From NCBI GenBank assembly GCA_965601925.1, contig OZ271854.1, forward strand, positions 1,120,001 through 1,184,000: a stretch of DNA of 64,000 nucleotides. Reading direction: 5' to 3'. The position numbers and the translations under genes are program-made. The DNA comes from Alkalispirochaeta sp. (GTDB lineage Bacteria > Spirochaetota > Spirochaetia > DSM-27196 > Alkalispirochaetaceae). A model generated the notes under the pieces. The model saw nothing but the letters and a program-made list of their open reading frames with translations, was not told where the DNA came from and made no database searches. Of the stretch, positions 29,526 through 38,870 are shown one piece after another (position 1 is the stretch's first letter; each line of letters begins with the position of its first letter).

Positions 29526-30340
29526 GTTCGCACGACGACGAGTTGACGCGTTTCGAGGTCGACGGAGCGCCGCCGTTACCGGATCCGACCGTTCAAGGCC
29601 GTGTCGAACACAACGGCGCGCATATCTGGTACGCCACCTTCGGGTCCGGGGCGCCGGTTGTCTTACTCCACGGCGGTCTGGGACATAGCGGTAACTGGAG
29701 TTACCAGGTTCCGGTGCTGACGGCGAACGGGTATCGCGTCATTGCAATCGACACACGCGGTCACGGCCGTAGCACGTGCGATGATCGGCCCTTTTCCTAC
29801 GAGCTTCTGGCAACCGACGTTCTCGCGGTCCTCGATGTGCTCGGCGTACATACGGCGTCGTACGTGGGCTGGAGCGACGGCGCGGTCGTGGCCCTCACCG
29901 TTGCAATGCAGGCGCCGACGCGCGCCCGCGGCGTCGTGTTTTTTGCGTGCGCCATGGACCCGAGCGGGCTCAAGCCCCTTGACGGGTCGATGCCGATTCT
30001 TTCTCGCGTGTATCGCCGTCACGCAGAAGACTACCGACGCCTGTCACCGACTCCCGACCGGTTCGAGCAGTTTTCAGAGGCGGTACAGAAGATGATGACG
30101 ACCGAGCCGAACTACTCAGCCGACGAGTTACACGCCATCGCGACCCGCGTGTTCGTCTTAAGAAGCTCCAACGACGAGTTTATTAAGCCCGAACACGCCG
30201 ACTATTTGGCGCGCACCATTCCGGACGCCCGGTTGGTCGAGCTGCGCGGGGTAAGTCACTTCGCGCCGTGGCAACGCCCGCGGCAGTTCAACGAGACGTT
30301 ACTCGCGTGCTTGACCGGGTTCGAACGGGACGATGAATAG
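29522..30340 (+). CDS. Alpha/beta hydrolase
   Basis: LLHGGLG, DTRGHGRS, GWSDG nucleophile elbow, SHFAP. Confidence 0.92.
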   Translation: MSSHDDELTRFEVDGAPPLPDPTVQGRVEHNGAHIWYATFGSGAPVVLLHGGLGHSGNWSYQVPVLTANGYRVIAIDTRGHGRSTCDDRPFSYELLATDVLAVLDVLGVHTASYVGWSDGAVVALTVAMQAPTRARGVVFFACAMDPSGLKPLDGSMPILSRVYRRHAEDYRRLSPTPDRFEQFSEAVQKMMTTEPNYSADELHAIATRVFVLRSSNDEFIKPEHADYLARTIPDARLVELRGVSHFAPWQRPRQFNETLLACLTGFERDDE

Positions 30341-31583
30341 TCCGAACGGCGTGACGGACCGGCACGTCGCCGCCGCGATCGACGAGATCTATCGCACCGA
30401 ATCGCGCCGTGTCCTGGCGACCTTGATTCGGCTTCTGGGCGACTTCGACCTGGGCGAGGAGGCGCTGCAGGAGGCGTTCGTCGCCGCGACGCGGCAGTGG
30501 CCGGTCGACGGCGTACCACGCAACCCGCGCGCCTGGTTGATCTCGACGGGCCGTTTTCGCACGATCGATCGACTGAGGCGATCGAATCGGCGGCGACGGG
30601 CGCTGCGAGAACTGGTTGAGCGCGAGACTCGGAGCGCGGACTCCGATAAGCAACCGATCGCCGACGATCGATTGCGCCTGATCTTCACCTGCTGTCATCC
30701 CGACCTCTCGCCGGATGCGCGAATCGCGCTCACCCTGCGAGAGGTGTGCGGCGTAGCGACCGAGGCGATCGCGCGCGCGTTTCTGATCAAAACGGCGACC
30801 GTCGCGCAGCGCATTGTGCGGGCAAAGGTTCAGATACGCGATCGCCGCATTCGCTACGCGGTGCCCGAGCCCGAGCACTGGTCGGCGCGGCTTGCAAGCG
30901 TGTTGCGCGTGGTCTATTTGGTCTACACCACCGGGTACGCAGCGGGCGCACGCGAGGAAGCTCGGAGTCTCTGTGTCGAGGCGGTCCGTCTGGCACGCTT
31001 GGTGCACGAGTTGGTATCGGACGACGAGGCAACGGGGCTTTTGGCCCTGATGGTGTTGCAGGAGTCACGGCGCACCGCACGCTTCACGGCCGACGGCGAC
31101 GTCGTGCTCCTTGCCGCGCAGAACCGGGCACTGTGGGATCACCAGCTGATCGCCGAGGGGCGGCGACTCGCCGCACAAGTCTCCGAATGCGAACCGATCG
31201 GACCGTACGCGATTCAGGCCGCAATTGCCGCAGTTCACGCCGGCGCCGAGTCGTACAACGACACCGACTGGAATAAGATCGTGCGATGGTACGACCTGTT
31301 GACGATAGCCGATCCGTCGCCGGTTGTGGGACTGAATCGCGCGGCGGCCGTCGGCATGCGGGACGGACCCGAAGCCGGTTTAGCGAGTTTGGCGGATGTT
31401 GAACGCGACGGCGCGTTAGGAGACTATTACCTGCTACACGCCGCCAAAGCGGACGCGCTGCGTCGCCTGGGCCGCAACCGCGAGGCGCTCGGCGCCTACC
31501 GTCGCGCATTGGCAACGGCGGCGAACGAGTCGGACCGACGATTTCTCGAACGACGCATTCGCGACGTTCGCGCGTCGGTGTGA
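30333..31583 (+). CDS. ECF42-group sigma factor with C-terminal TPR-like extension
   Basis: DDRLRLIFTCCHP-L, AQRIVRAK, GPYAIQAAIAAVH, SPVVGLNRA; linked to DGPF gene. Confidence 0.93.
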   Translation: MNSPNGVTDRHVAAAIDEIYRTESRRVLATLIRLLGDFDLGEEALQEAFVAATRQWPVDGVPRNPRAWLISTGRFRTIDRLRRSNRRRRALRELVERETRSADSDKQPIADDRLRLIFTCCHPDLSPDARIALTLREVCGVATEAIARAFLIKTATVAQRIVRAKVQIRDRRIRYAVPEPEHWSARLASVLRVVYLVYTTGYAAGAREEARSLCVEAVRLARLVHELVSDDEATGLLALMVLQESRRTARFTADGDVVLLAAQNRALWDHQLIAEGRRLAAQVSECEPIGPYAIQAAIAAVHAGAESYNDTDWNKIVRWYDLLTIADPSPVVGLNRAAAVGMRDGPEAGLASLADVERDGALGDYYLLHAAKADALRRLGRNREALGAYRRALATAANESDRRFLERRIRDVRASV

Positions 31584-31665
31584 CGCACAAGACTGCATAA
31601 GATGAGGCGGTAGCGCGTTCCGGCATCGGTGCCTCTCGAGCCGCCCGAAGCACGACGGAGAGCGG

Positions 31666-32721
31666 CTATCGTGACAACGCAGCCGTTCGGTGCGCGTCTG
31701 CCGATTTCAGAACGCGCAACGCTCGGAGGGTGACCCACTTGCTTGCCCGACCAAGAGGCTCCTGTTGAAACCACGTCGGGCCCTTCAGTTGGTACTCCTG
31801 TATCCACCGCCCGTCGTCGGTCCTCTTCGACTCGACCAATCGTATCGCGCCGGCAAGCCTCGGATCCGAAATCACGCCTACGCCTGTAAGGGCTTCCATG
31901 TTGTGTAACACGTCGGAGGTGTAACCAAGGGGGTATCCGAACTTGAACCAGTTCGAACTCGGCGCCTCACCGTACACCGACGGATAATCCGCCAGCGCCG
32001 GGTCGTGGCCTAACAACAACGAGACGCTCCGCTCGATTGCGCGATGTACGCGCTCGCTTCGTTCCTCGACGGGGATCTTTCCAAACATCGTCAACGTCTT
32101 AATCGCACCCCACGCACAGGGAAGCCGATTGTTGTTTGCGCACGCAAAACGAGGTCCCGCCGTCCCCGATCGATAGTATCGTGGCGAGGTCTTCTCATGT
32201 GCAGCGGCAACTCCCTCTCCGGTGATGAATCGTGCCTGGAGCTCGATCATCTCGCGGACGCGCTCGTCATCCCCCATACCGAAATCCAGCAGTGCCGCCA
32301 GAAGATTTCCGGACAAACAATGAATGAACCCCGACGGCGAGCCGGTCGCCGAAAAGAGTCCGTTTGATGCTCGTGTGTGTGAAAGCACGTACTCACAGGC
32401 ACGACGAATACGGTCGTCCGCGCCGTCGGCGCCGAACTGCGACAAGAACATCAGCTGCCATACCGTACCCGTATACTTCGGACTGTAACCGGCTCCCGGT
32501 TGCACCCAATACCCTTCGGGATGTTGCGCTTCGAGAACGGCGGCAACCGGCCCAACTTGCCCGATCTGGTCTTTCGCAGCCCGGACCTCCTCATCCGCGT
32601 CGGATCGATCGAGGAGATCACGCAACGTGCAGTACCGCACGGCCGGTTGTGCCGGATCCGGTCCCAGCAACCATTCAACGGTAGGGCTGTACCGGTCCAA
32701 AAACGCATCCGTGTTTCGCAT
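31666..32721 (-). CDS. Conserved prenyltransferase/terpenoid-cyclase-like (alpha/alpha) protein of unknown function
   Basis: AQHPEGYW, YSPKYTGTVWQL, DGRW, SKWVTLRALRVLK; GGAGG RBS. Confidence 0.65.
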   Translation of the reverse strand: MRNTDAFLDRYSPTVEWLLGPDPAQPAVRYCTLRDLLDRSDADEEVRAAKDQIGQVGPVAAVLEAQHPEGYWVQPGAGYSPKYTGTVWQLMFLSQFGADGADDRIRRACEYVLSHTRASNGLFSATGSPSGFIHCLSGNLLAALLDFGMGDDERVREMIELQARFITGEGVAAAHEKTSPRYYRSGTAGPRFACANNNRLPCAWGAIKTLTMFGKIPVEERSERVHRAIERSVSLLLGHDPALADYPSVYGEAPSSNWFKFGYPLGYTSDVLHNMEALTGVGVISDPRLAGAIRLVESKRTDDGRWIQEYQLKGPTWFQQEPLGRASKWVTLRALRVLKSADAHRTAALSR

Positions 32722-32750
32722 TCTGAAAACCTCCGTTGACCATCACGACG

Positions 32751-33929
32751 CTACCGCGGTAGCGAACCAAAGAACGCCCGCATATCCTCCACCAGCAGCT
32801 CCGGCTCCTCCAGCGCCGCGAAGTGACCGCCTCGCGGCATCTCGGTCCAGCGTACAACGTTCAAAAAACGTTCGCCGAGCTCGCGCGGCGGTATCGCCCC
32901 CTTGGGGAGGTCCTCGGGGAACAACGCCACGGCGGCGGGTACCGAGGACCGAGCCGGCGCTCCCCAATCGAACGTCTCGGACGCGGCAGCCCCGTCGGCC
33001 CACGCTCCGTCGACGGCCCCGCTCCAGTCTTCGTCGGATCCGAAGTAGTACCATCGAATCGATGCGTTGAACGTTTCGGTGACCCAGTAGATCATGATGT
33101 TGGTCAAAAGCTCGTCTTTGGTGAAACTGCGCTCAAGCTCGCCGCCGCAATCGCTCCAGGTGTGAAACTTCTCGACGATCCACGCCGCCATGCCCACCGG
33201 TGAGTCGGTCAGTCCATACGCCAGCGTCTGCGGTTTGGTCCCCTGAACCATGATGTACGCGCCCTCTCGTTTGGACGACGCTTCTTCGGTCGCCAGATAC
33301 CTCTTTTCGGCGGGCGAGAGCGTAGACGGATCGAGGCCGAAGAGCACGTCCCACCCGATGTCGGTCAGATGGAGCGCCGAAACCGTCTCGGGGTAGCGCG
33401 CCGCCAGCTCCTTTGCCAAGGGACTACCCGTGTCGCCGCCGTGCACCGCAAAACTCGAGTACCCCAGCACCTCGGTCATGAGCGTCATCAGCAACTCGGC
33501 GGTGTCGACGCCGGCGCGCGTGGTCGGCTTGTCGGAGAATCCGAATCCCGGCAACGACGGCACAACGACGTCGAACGAGTCGCTCAACATCGGGACGATC
33601 TTGGAGTAGCGATAGAACGAATCGGGCCAACCGTGGAGCAGCAACAGCGGTCGGCGGTTCGGTCCATTCGCCCGCTCGTGGATGAAATGGATACCGAATC
33701 CGTCTACCTCGGCTCGGAAGTGGGAGAACTCGTTGAGTTTTGCCTCCGCTGCGCGCCAGTCGTACTGCTCGCGCCAATAGGTCGCGAGTTCTTGGAGGAA
33801 CGACAGGTTGGTTCCGTAGTCCCAACCCGCGCCGTCGACCTCGTCGGGCCAACGGGTGCGTGCAAGTCGCTCATGCAGATCATCCAGCACGTCCTGCGGA
33901 ACGTCGATCGTGAATGGTTTGGGTACCAT
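32751..33929 (-). CDS. Epoxide hydrolase (EHN family)
   Basis: PFTIDV...RLARTRWP, LLHGWP, GGD-G, TKPQTLAYGL-DSPVG, GGHFAALEEP. Confidence 0.93.
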   Translation of the reverse strand: MVPKPFTIDVPQDVLDDLHERLARTRWPDEVDGAGWDYGTNLSFLQELATYWREQYDWRAAEAKLNEFSHFRAEVDGFGIHFIHERANGPNRRPLLLLHGWPDSFYRYSKIVPMLSDSFDVVVPSLPGFGFSDKPTTRAGVDTAELLMTLMTEVLGYSSFAVHGGDTGSPLAKELAARYPETVSALHLTDIGWDVLFGLDPSTLSPAEKRYLATEEASSKREGAYIMVQGTKPQTLAYGLTDSPVGMAAWIVEKFHTWSDCGGELERSFTKDELLTNIMIYWVTETFNASIRWYYFGSDEDWSGAVDGAWADGAAASETFDWGAPARSSVPAAVALFPEDLPKGAIPPRELGERFLNVVRWTEMPRGGHFAALEEPELLVEDMRAFFGSLPR

Positions 33930-33967
33930 ATGCGCCTCCTCAAAGCGTTTGCCTTGATGATAAGGCT

Positions 33968-34001
33968 CAATTAGGACATGATTGGCCCTATACATAAAAA
34001 A
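33968..34001. promoter_or_regulatory. Putative WYL/YafY operator, copy B (between divergent epoxide hydrolase and regulator)
   Basis: Imperfect palindrome TAGGACA-N5-GGCCCTA within CAATTAGGACATGATTGGCCCTATACATAAAAAA. Confidence 0.75.
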
Positions 34002-34013
34002 GGAGCGGAGAAC

Positions 34014-34976
34014 ATGTATTCCCCGACCATGCGTCTGCTAACGGTCCTCGAACTCTTGGAAACCTTTCATTCGGTGAGCGGAACGGAGCTCGCCCGACGC
34101 CTTGAAGTGGATGTCAGGACCGTCCGACGCTACATCACGACCCTCCAAGACATGGGCATACCCGTTGCGGCGGAACGCGGTCCTCACGGCGCCTATCGTT
34201 TGAAGCGGGGGCGGAAGCTGCCGCCGCTCATGTATACTCCCTCCGAGGCGGCGGCGATCACGCTGGGGCTCCGCGCGACGCGCGCCCTACGCTTTCCCGT
34301 AGACGGAACCGCGGTTGAGGGAGCCCTTGCAAAGACCGAACGTCTCCTGCCCGAGAAGCTTCTCCATCACACGAAAAGTCTCCGCGAGGCGGTCGTCTTA
34401 CACGACGGATCTTACTGGAACAGTGTGTCGATGCGCGATCGTGGTGAGCTTCTCACGCGGCTCACACAGGCGGTGCAGGAGAGACGGAGCGTCTCGGTCC
34501 GCTATCGATCCCGCGAAGGAGCCGAAACGCACCGCACCGTCGATCCCTACGGCGTGGCGTGGACCGAGGGCCTATGGTACCTTGCGGGCTACTGTCACCT
34601 ACGTCGGGACTTGCGCACCTTCCGCCTCGACCGCATCGCGAGCGCCGAATCGATCGCAGAGCGCTTCGAGCGCCCCGACCGCTTCGACACGCTGGAATAC
34701 GTGCTGCAGTCCGTCGAGGCGGCTCGCGGAGGCCACGAGATCGAGGTGGTGCTGAACACAACGATGGGACGAGCCCGAGAGCTCCTGGGAACGGCCTTCG
34801 ACGACTTTGAGGTCGCGCAAGACGGGATCGTCGCCCGCTGCGAGGCCGCCCGCCTCGAGTGGATCGCCTATGCACTCCTCGACCTTGACGTCCCGGTCAC
34901 GATTCGCGGGCCTGCAGCTCTGCAAGAGCTCGTGCGGCACATCGCCGAGAGAGCCGCGCGGATCGCGACGGAGTAA
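34014..34976 (+). CDS. YafY-type HTH-WYL-WCX transcriptional regulator
   Basis: ELARRLEVDVRTVRRY wHTH; R-VDPYG, WYLAGYCHLR-DLRTFRLDRI. Confidence 0.95.
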   Translation: MYSPTMRLLTVLELLETFHSVSGTELARRLEVDVRTVRRYITTLQDMGIPVAAERGPHGAYRLKRGRKLPPLMYTPSEAAAITLGLRATRALRFPVDGTAVEGALAKTERLLPEKLLHHTKSLREAVVLHDGSYWNSVSMRDRGELLTRLTQAVQERRSVSVRYRSREGAETHRTVDPYGVAWTEGLWYLAGYCHLRRDLRTFRLDRIASAESIAERFERPDRFDTLEYVLQSVEAARGGHEIEVVLNTTMGRARELLGTAFDDFEVAQDGIVARCEAARLEWIAYALLDLDVPVTIRGPAALQELVRHIAERAARIATE

Positions 34977-35017
34977 TGCCGCCGCCCATAGCGGTTCTCG
35001 TGCGGGACGTATCGGAA

Positions 35018-35338
35018 TCATCGGCGGCCGAAGTCGAGGGCTGTCCGTATCCAAGCGCCGAGACGGTCGGGGCTGTTCGTTCCCTCCGGGCCGACGAGTA
35101 TCCACCCTCGCATCTTGGGCTTGTTTTTCATTTCGTAGCGCCGGGCCCCCGGCTCCGCGAGGAGCGCATCGTTCATCTCCGGTCGGCAGCGTACCAATAG
35201 GTCGTCATCCTGCACACGGACACATACCGTTCCGCTCCTCATGAACGTAAGCCCGCCCATTTTGACCCGCTCCTCGATATCGCTCTCGCCGGAGAGCAGC
35301 GCTCGCACCCGATCGCCGAGCGCTTCGTTGTAGGCCAT
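35018..35338 (-). CDS. TfoX N-terminal-domain family protein
   Basis: MAYNEALGDRVR, KMGGLTFM, MRGWILV; AAGGAG RBS. Confidence 0.85.
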   Translation of the reverse strand: MAYNEALGDRVRALLSGESDIEERVKMGGLTFMRSGTVCVRVQDDDLLVRCRPEMNDALLAEPGARRYEMKNKPKMRGWILVGPEGTNSPDRLGAWIRTALDFGRR

Positions 35339-35472
35339 ATACCTCACTCCTTCCGCCGACGCGATCGTAGCCCTCCCGACCCTCCACGCCGCGATAGGGT
35401 CGCAGCAAGAACTCCGTGGCGTGCGGCTCAAGGCCCTTCCGTGGGCAAATTCTACCACGAAATTCGCGGAGC

Positions 35473-35937
35473 CTAAGTACCGGTCCCGACGTACGCCTCC
35501 AACCGCTCGAACGCCTCGCCCCACCCCTCGCCGTGGGAATCGCGGCTTTCGACCGAGGCGAAGATCGCTTGGTGGAAGTTGAACGTCGTCGTGCCGTCGC
35601 GCTCCAGAAAGGTTACGGTCACGAGCGTATCGTGCTCGACCTCTCCCGCTTCGTTTTCCCAGCCGTGAGTCAGGACGAGGCGCTCGGGATACACGATCTC
35701 CCGGTACACACCGCGCAGCCAAAACCGACCACCGTCGAACTCGTATCCGCAGCGGTAGGCGCCGCCGGGCCGCACGTCGAACTCCGGAGCGAGAAGGGTA
35801 CACCCCGCCGGCCCGAACCAGTGCACCAGCCGTGCCGGGTCGGTCCAAGCCCTAAAGACGAGGTCACGCGGTGCGGCGACCGTGCGCGTCATGTGGAGTT
35901 CGAGGTCCGCCTCGACGATAGACGATTGCTTACACAT
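35473..35937 (-). CDS. SRPBCC/AHSA1 domain protein
   Basis: APRDLVFRAWTDP--L-HWFGP, H-EGW. Confidence 0.92.
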   Translation of the reverse strand: MCKQSSIVEADLELHMTRTVAAPRDLVFRAWTDPARLVHWFGPAGCTLLAPEFDVRPGGAYRCGYEFDGGRFWLRGVYREIVYPERLVLTHGWENEAGEVEHDTLVTVTFLERDGTTTFNFHQAIFASVESRDSHGEGWGEAFERLEAYVGTGT

Positions 35938-36502
35938 ATCGATTCACCTCCTTGTCCATTTGGAGCTTCGTGTAACGCCGGTTGGGTACGGATGCGACGA
36001 CACGGACCGTCCGTGTCGATCCGACCTCCGCTACGAGCCGACTATGAATGACGAAGCCGGCGTTCGTGAGGTTCGCGACGATTCGGTCCGCCGCACCGTC
36101 GGCGCTCTGTGCGTCGGCGGGGTCGTAGATCACGAAGAAGCGGCCCTCCGGCGCGAGGCGCTCGGCGACGACGGCGAGATCCGGCGCGGCACCGCTCCCG
36201 GCAAAGAGCCCCACGCGGATAGCGAAGACGGTATCGAACTGCGCATCGCCGAGCTCGGCGTCCCGAAGTGCAACGGCGTGAAACGCGGCTCTGCCGGCCT
36301 CGATGTGGCGGACGTTTCGGCTACGGGCGGCGGCGATCATCTTGGCGGAGCGGTCGAGGGCGGTGATACGGCCGCTTTCGAGTTTATCGCACACGAGAGA
36401 GACGGCGACGCCGTGCCCGCAGCCTATCTCGAGGAGCCGTTGGTGCGGGCGTACGTCGAGAGCCTCAACCGCCCACGTAAGTCGCTCAGAAGGGCCGGTC
36501 AT
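35930..36502 (-). CDS. Class I SAM-dependent methyltransferase
   Basis: LLEIGCGHG, ALDRSAKM, FDTVFA. Confidence 0.88.
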   Translation of the reverse strand: MTGPSERLTWAVEALDVRPHQRLLEIGCGHGVAVSLVCDKLESGRITALDRSAKMIAAARSRNVRHIEAGRAAFHAVALRDAELGDAQFDTVFAIRVGLFAGSGAAPDLAVVAERLAPEGRFFVIYDPADAQSADGAADRIVANLTNAGFVIHSRLVAEVGSTRTVRVVASVPNRRYTKLQMDKEVNRYV

Positions 36503-36505
36503 ACG

Positions 36506-37078
36506 TCAGTCCTCCAGGTCGGCGAGAAACACGAGGGTGCGCTCGAGAATCGTCAGCGCGATCGCCGCGTCGTAATCCGGTGAACTCGAATCCGCGACGA
36601 GGTGCGCCCCCGTCGGATAGATGAACAGTTCCGCACCGGGTAGCGTCGCGAGGTCCCGTGCCGCCTCGATATCCTCGGCGACATAGGTGTCGTGCTCGGC
36701 CAAGTGCATCTGAAGGGGTACACCGCCGGGCCACGCCTCACCGAACACGGACGCCGGAACCGCTCCGTGGTACAGGATCGCCCCGGCCGCACCGGGAAGC
36801 GTCTGGGCCGCTTTTTGAGTCGGCAACACTCCGAGGGAGAAGCCGGCGACGACGAAGCTCGCTCCGTGCCGCTCTGCGATCCGAACGCCTCGCTCGGCCA
36901 TCACCTCCAGGCCGATCTCCTCGGCAAACGCGACACCGTCGGAAACGGTCCGGAAGGTCCGCCCGTCGTAAAGGTCCGGCGTCTCGACCTCGTGGCCGGC
37001 GCGCCGCAACTCCTCGGCGAAGGCGCGTACCCCCTCGGTCAGCCCCAAGGCGTGGTGAAATAGGATTACTCGTGCCAC
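36506..37078 (-). CDS. Dienelactone hydrolase family protein
   Basis: LFHHALGLT, PDLYDG, GFSLG, YPTGAHL. Confidence 0.88.
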   Translation of the reverse strand: MARVILFHHALGLTEGVRAFAEELRRAGHEVETPDLYDGRTFRTVSDGVAFAEEIGLEVMAERGVRIAERHGASFVVAGFSLGVLPTQKAAQTLPGAAGAILYHGAVPASVFGEAWPGGVPLQMHLAEHDTYVAEDIEAARDLATLPGAELFIYPTGAHLVADSSSPDYDAAIALTILERTLVFLADLED

Positions 37079-37134
37079 AAACTCCTCCTCGGTTTGCGCA
37101 AAAAGCGCGGGACGAAGCGTACTGCACCTCGCCG

Positions 37135-37470
37135 CTATACCTCGACGAGAACGGACGCCCCCTCCCGGTCGTCACCGTCGAGCCACCTCCAGGTCTCGAT
37201 AAGCCGCAGGGTTCCGTCGCCTTGTGTCTCGACTCGCGTCGTACAGGTACCGGCGCGCAGGACGCCTGCCGTGTTGAGGTGGTGATAGCGGATCTCGAAA
37301 CGGCTATCGTCGACTACGCGCCCGACGATTCGACCGCAGCGGATCTCGCCGCCGGAGTACTCCGCCCAGATGACGTCGCCGTCTTGGTGATAGTGAAACT
37401 GCGTGGCACCGCGGACCTCCCCGGACGGGGAGTTCGATTCCGCTCGGAAGATCTTGTCGTGTAGATTCAT
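37135..37470 (-). CDS. Small conserved beta-barrel hypothetical protein
   Basis: T-FHYHQ-G--IWAEYSGG-I--G, ETWRW; ATGA coupling with upstream gene. Confidence 0.75.
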   Translation of the reverse strand: MNLHDKIFRAESNSPSGEVRGATQFHYHQDGDVIWAEYSGGEIRCGRIVGRVVDDSRFEIRYHHLNTAGVLRAGTCTTRVETQGDGTLRLIETWRWLDGDDREGASVLVEV

Positions 37471-37949
37471 GAATGCTCCCTTCTCGCTGTTAGGCCGTCT
37501 ATGATCTGCCGAATCGCCGCGAGGTGAAATGCCGAATGGGCAAGCACGGATAGAGTACCGCTTACGAAGTCACCCGCATCGTCCGGATCGAAGCCGCGTA
37601 CCATCCGGACGGCGGCGTCGTAGGCGCGGCGAGAGTCGTCTTTGAGGGCGTCCCACTCTTTTTCGGTCACTACGGAGACGGTCCAGCTCTCGTCCCAGTC
37701 GGTCTTCCCCGTTCGCTCACCGGTCGTATACTCACGTAACACGTCGAGGTAAAAGGTGAGGTGATACACGTGTGCGGCAACGGTCTCGCCGTTCGCGGGG
37801 TTCGGCGTCGATGCCTCTCCCGCCGAGATCGCCTCCACGGTTTCGAACAGGGAGGTCCCGCCGTCGAGATAGAAGCCCTCGACCTTTTCGAACGTCTCGG
37901 TCATGAGGCCTTGGAGCTCAGTCCGATACAGTGCGGAATCGATATTCAT
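37467..37949 (-). CDS. DinB superfamily protein
   Basis: TVAAHVYHL and AHSAFHLAAIRQ His motifs. Confidence 0.8.
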   Translation of the reverse strand: MNIDSALYRTELQGLMTETFEKVEGFYLDGGTSLFETVEAISAGEASTPNPANGETVAAHVYHLTFYLDVLREYTTGERTGKTDWDESWTVSVVTEKEWDALKDDSRRAYDAAVRMVRGFDPDDAGDFVSGTLSVLAHSAFHLAAIRQIIDGLTARREHS

Positions 37950-37956
37950 AAGTGTT

Positions 37957-38358
37957 TCACTCCTCTCGAAACGTCTCGGTCACAAGCTGCGTATCCATGT
38001 ACTCTCTGAGCTCGCGTATTTTTCCGTCGGCGATTCTGCACACCCAGCAGTAGTTGTTATGGTACTGCCGCCCGTCGGGAGTCGTATTGTGCCCTTGCGC
38101 CTCCACCACCACGTGGTCGCCCTCGGCGATGAGGCGCCGGGCGACGACCTTGTAGGGCGGCGCAAGGGTCCTCCGGACCGCACTCCACAGTTCGTCCAAA
38201 ACGGCCCGCTTTCCGCCGAAGGTCTTTGACCACCGGCCGGAGCCCATCCAGGTCCAGCGCATGTCTTCGGCCATGGCTTCGACAAAGGGTGCATCGTTAC
38301 CCTTCGACAGCTCGGCGAAGATGTCCTTCATGAGTTGTCTATTTGCATTGGTACTCAT
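37957..38358 (-). CDS. NTF2/SnoaL-like (ketosteroid isomerase-like) protein
   Basis: IAEGDHVVVE, YHNNYCWV, GKI--LREYMDT; GAGGAG RBS. Confidence 0.9.
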   Translation of the reverse strand: MSTNANRQLMKDIFAELSKGNDAPFVEAMAEDMRWTWMGSGRWSKTFGGKRAVLDELWSAVRRTLAPPYKVVARRLIAEGDHVVVEAQGHNTTPDGRQYHNNYCWVCRIADGKIRELREYMDTQLVTETFREE

Positions 38359-38383
38359 GCGAGTCGACTCCTCTCTCTTCGGT

Positions 38384-38869
38384 TCATCGCGCCGGCGCTT
38401 CGACGTGGATGCGTAGCTTATCGAGGCTGCCGCGCAGTCCTTCTTCCATACCCGCGAGGGCAAACTCAACCTCCCGCGTCGCGTGTAGTACCTCGGCGCG
38501 CACGGTGAGCTCAGTTCGGTCTCCCCGCTCTTCGAAACCGACGGTATGACGAACCCGAAGCATGGGAATGCCCGCCGCATCGGGAAAGCCGGTGGTGGTG
38601 AGAACGAGGCGGATAGGCTCGGCTACCTCCTCAAAGATGCCCTCAACGGGAATCTCTCCTCCGTTTGGGCCGTGCATAGTGATACGGAAGAAGCCGCCGG
38701 GGCGTAGATCCAGCTCACAACGCGAAGCGCTGAAGTCGATAGGTCCCCACCAGCGCACTATGCGGTCGGCCTCGGTCCAGGCGCGCCACACGAGCTCGCG
38801 CGGCGCCGCAAAAAAACGGGTAATCACCAGCGGTTCGATCCGATCGGCTATGTTATGACCTGTACTCAA
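38384..38869 (-). CDS. SRPBCC/AHSA1 domain protein
   Basis: APRELVWRAWT, WWGP, DLRPGG, GMEEG---SLDKL; TTG start after AGGAG. Confidence 0.88.
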   Translation of the reverse strand: MSTGHNIADRIEPLVITRFFAAPRELVWRAWTEADRIVRWWGPIDFSASRCELDLRPGGFFRITMHGPNGGEIPVEGIFEEVAEPIRLVLTTTGFPDAAGIPMLRVRHTVGFEERGDRTELTVRAEVLHATREVEFALAGMEEGLRGSLDKLRIHVEAPAR

Positions 38870-38870
38870 C

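Noticed and set aside
34014..34976. WYL protein as marker of an anti-phage defence system
   Set aside because: YafY-type architecture divergent from a metabolic enzyme; no nuclease, helicase, cas or BREX/CBASS genes in the window
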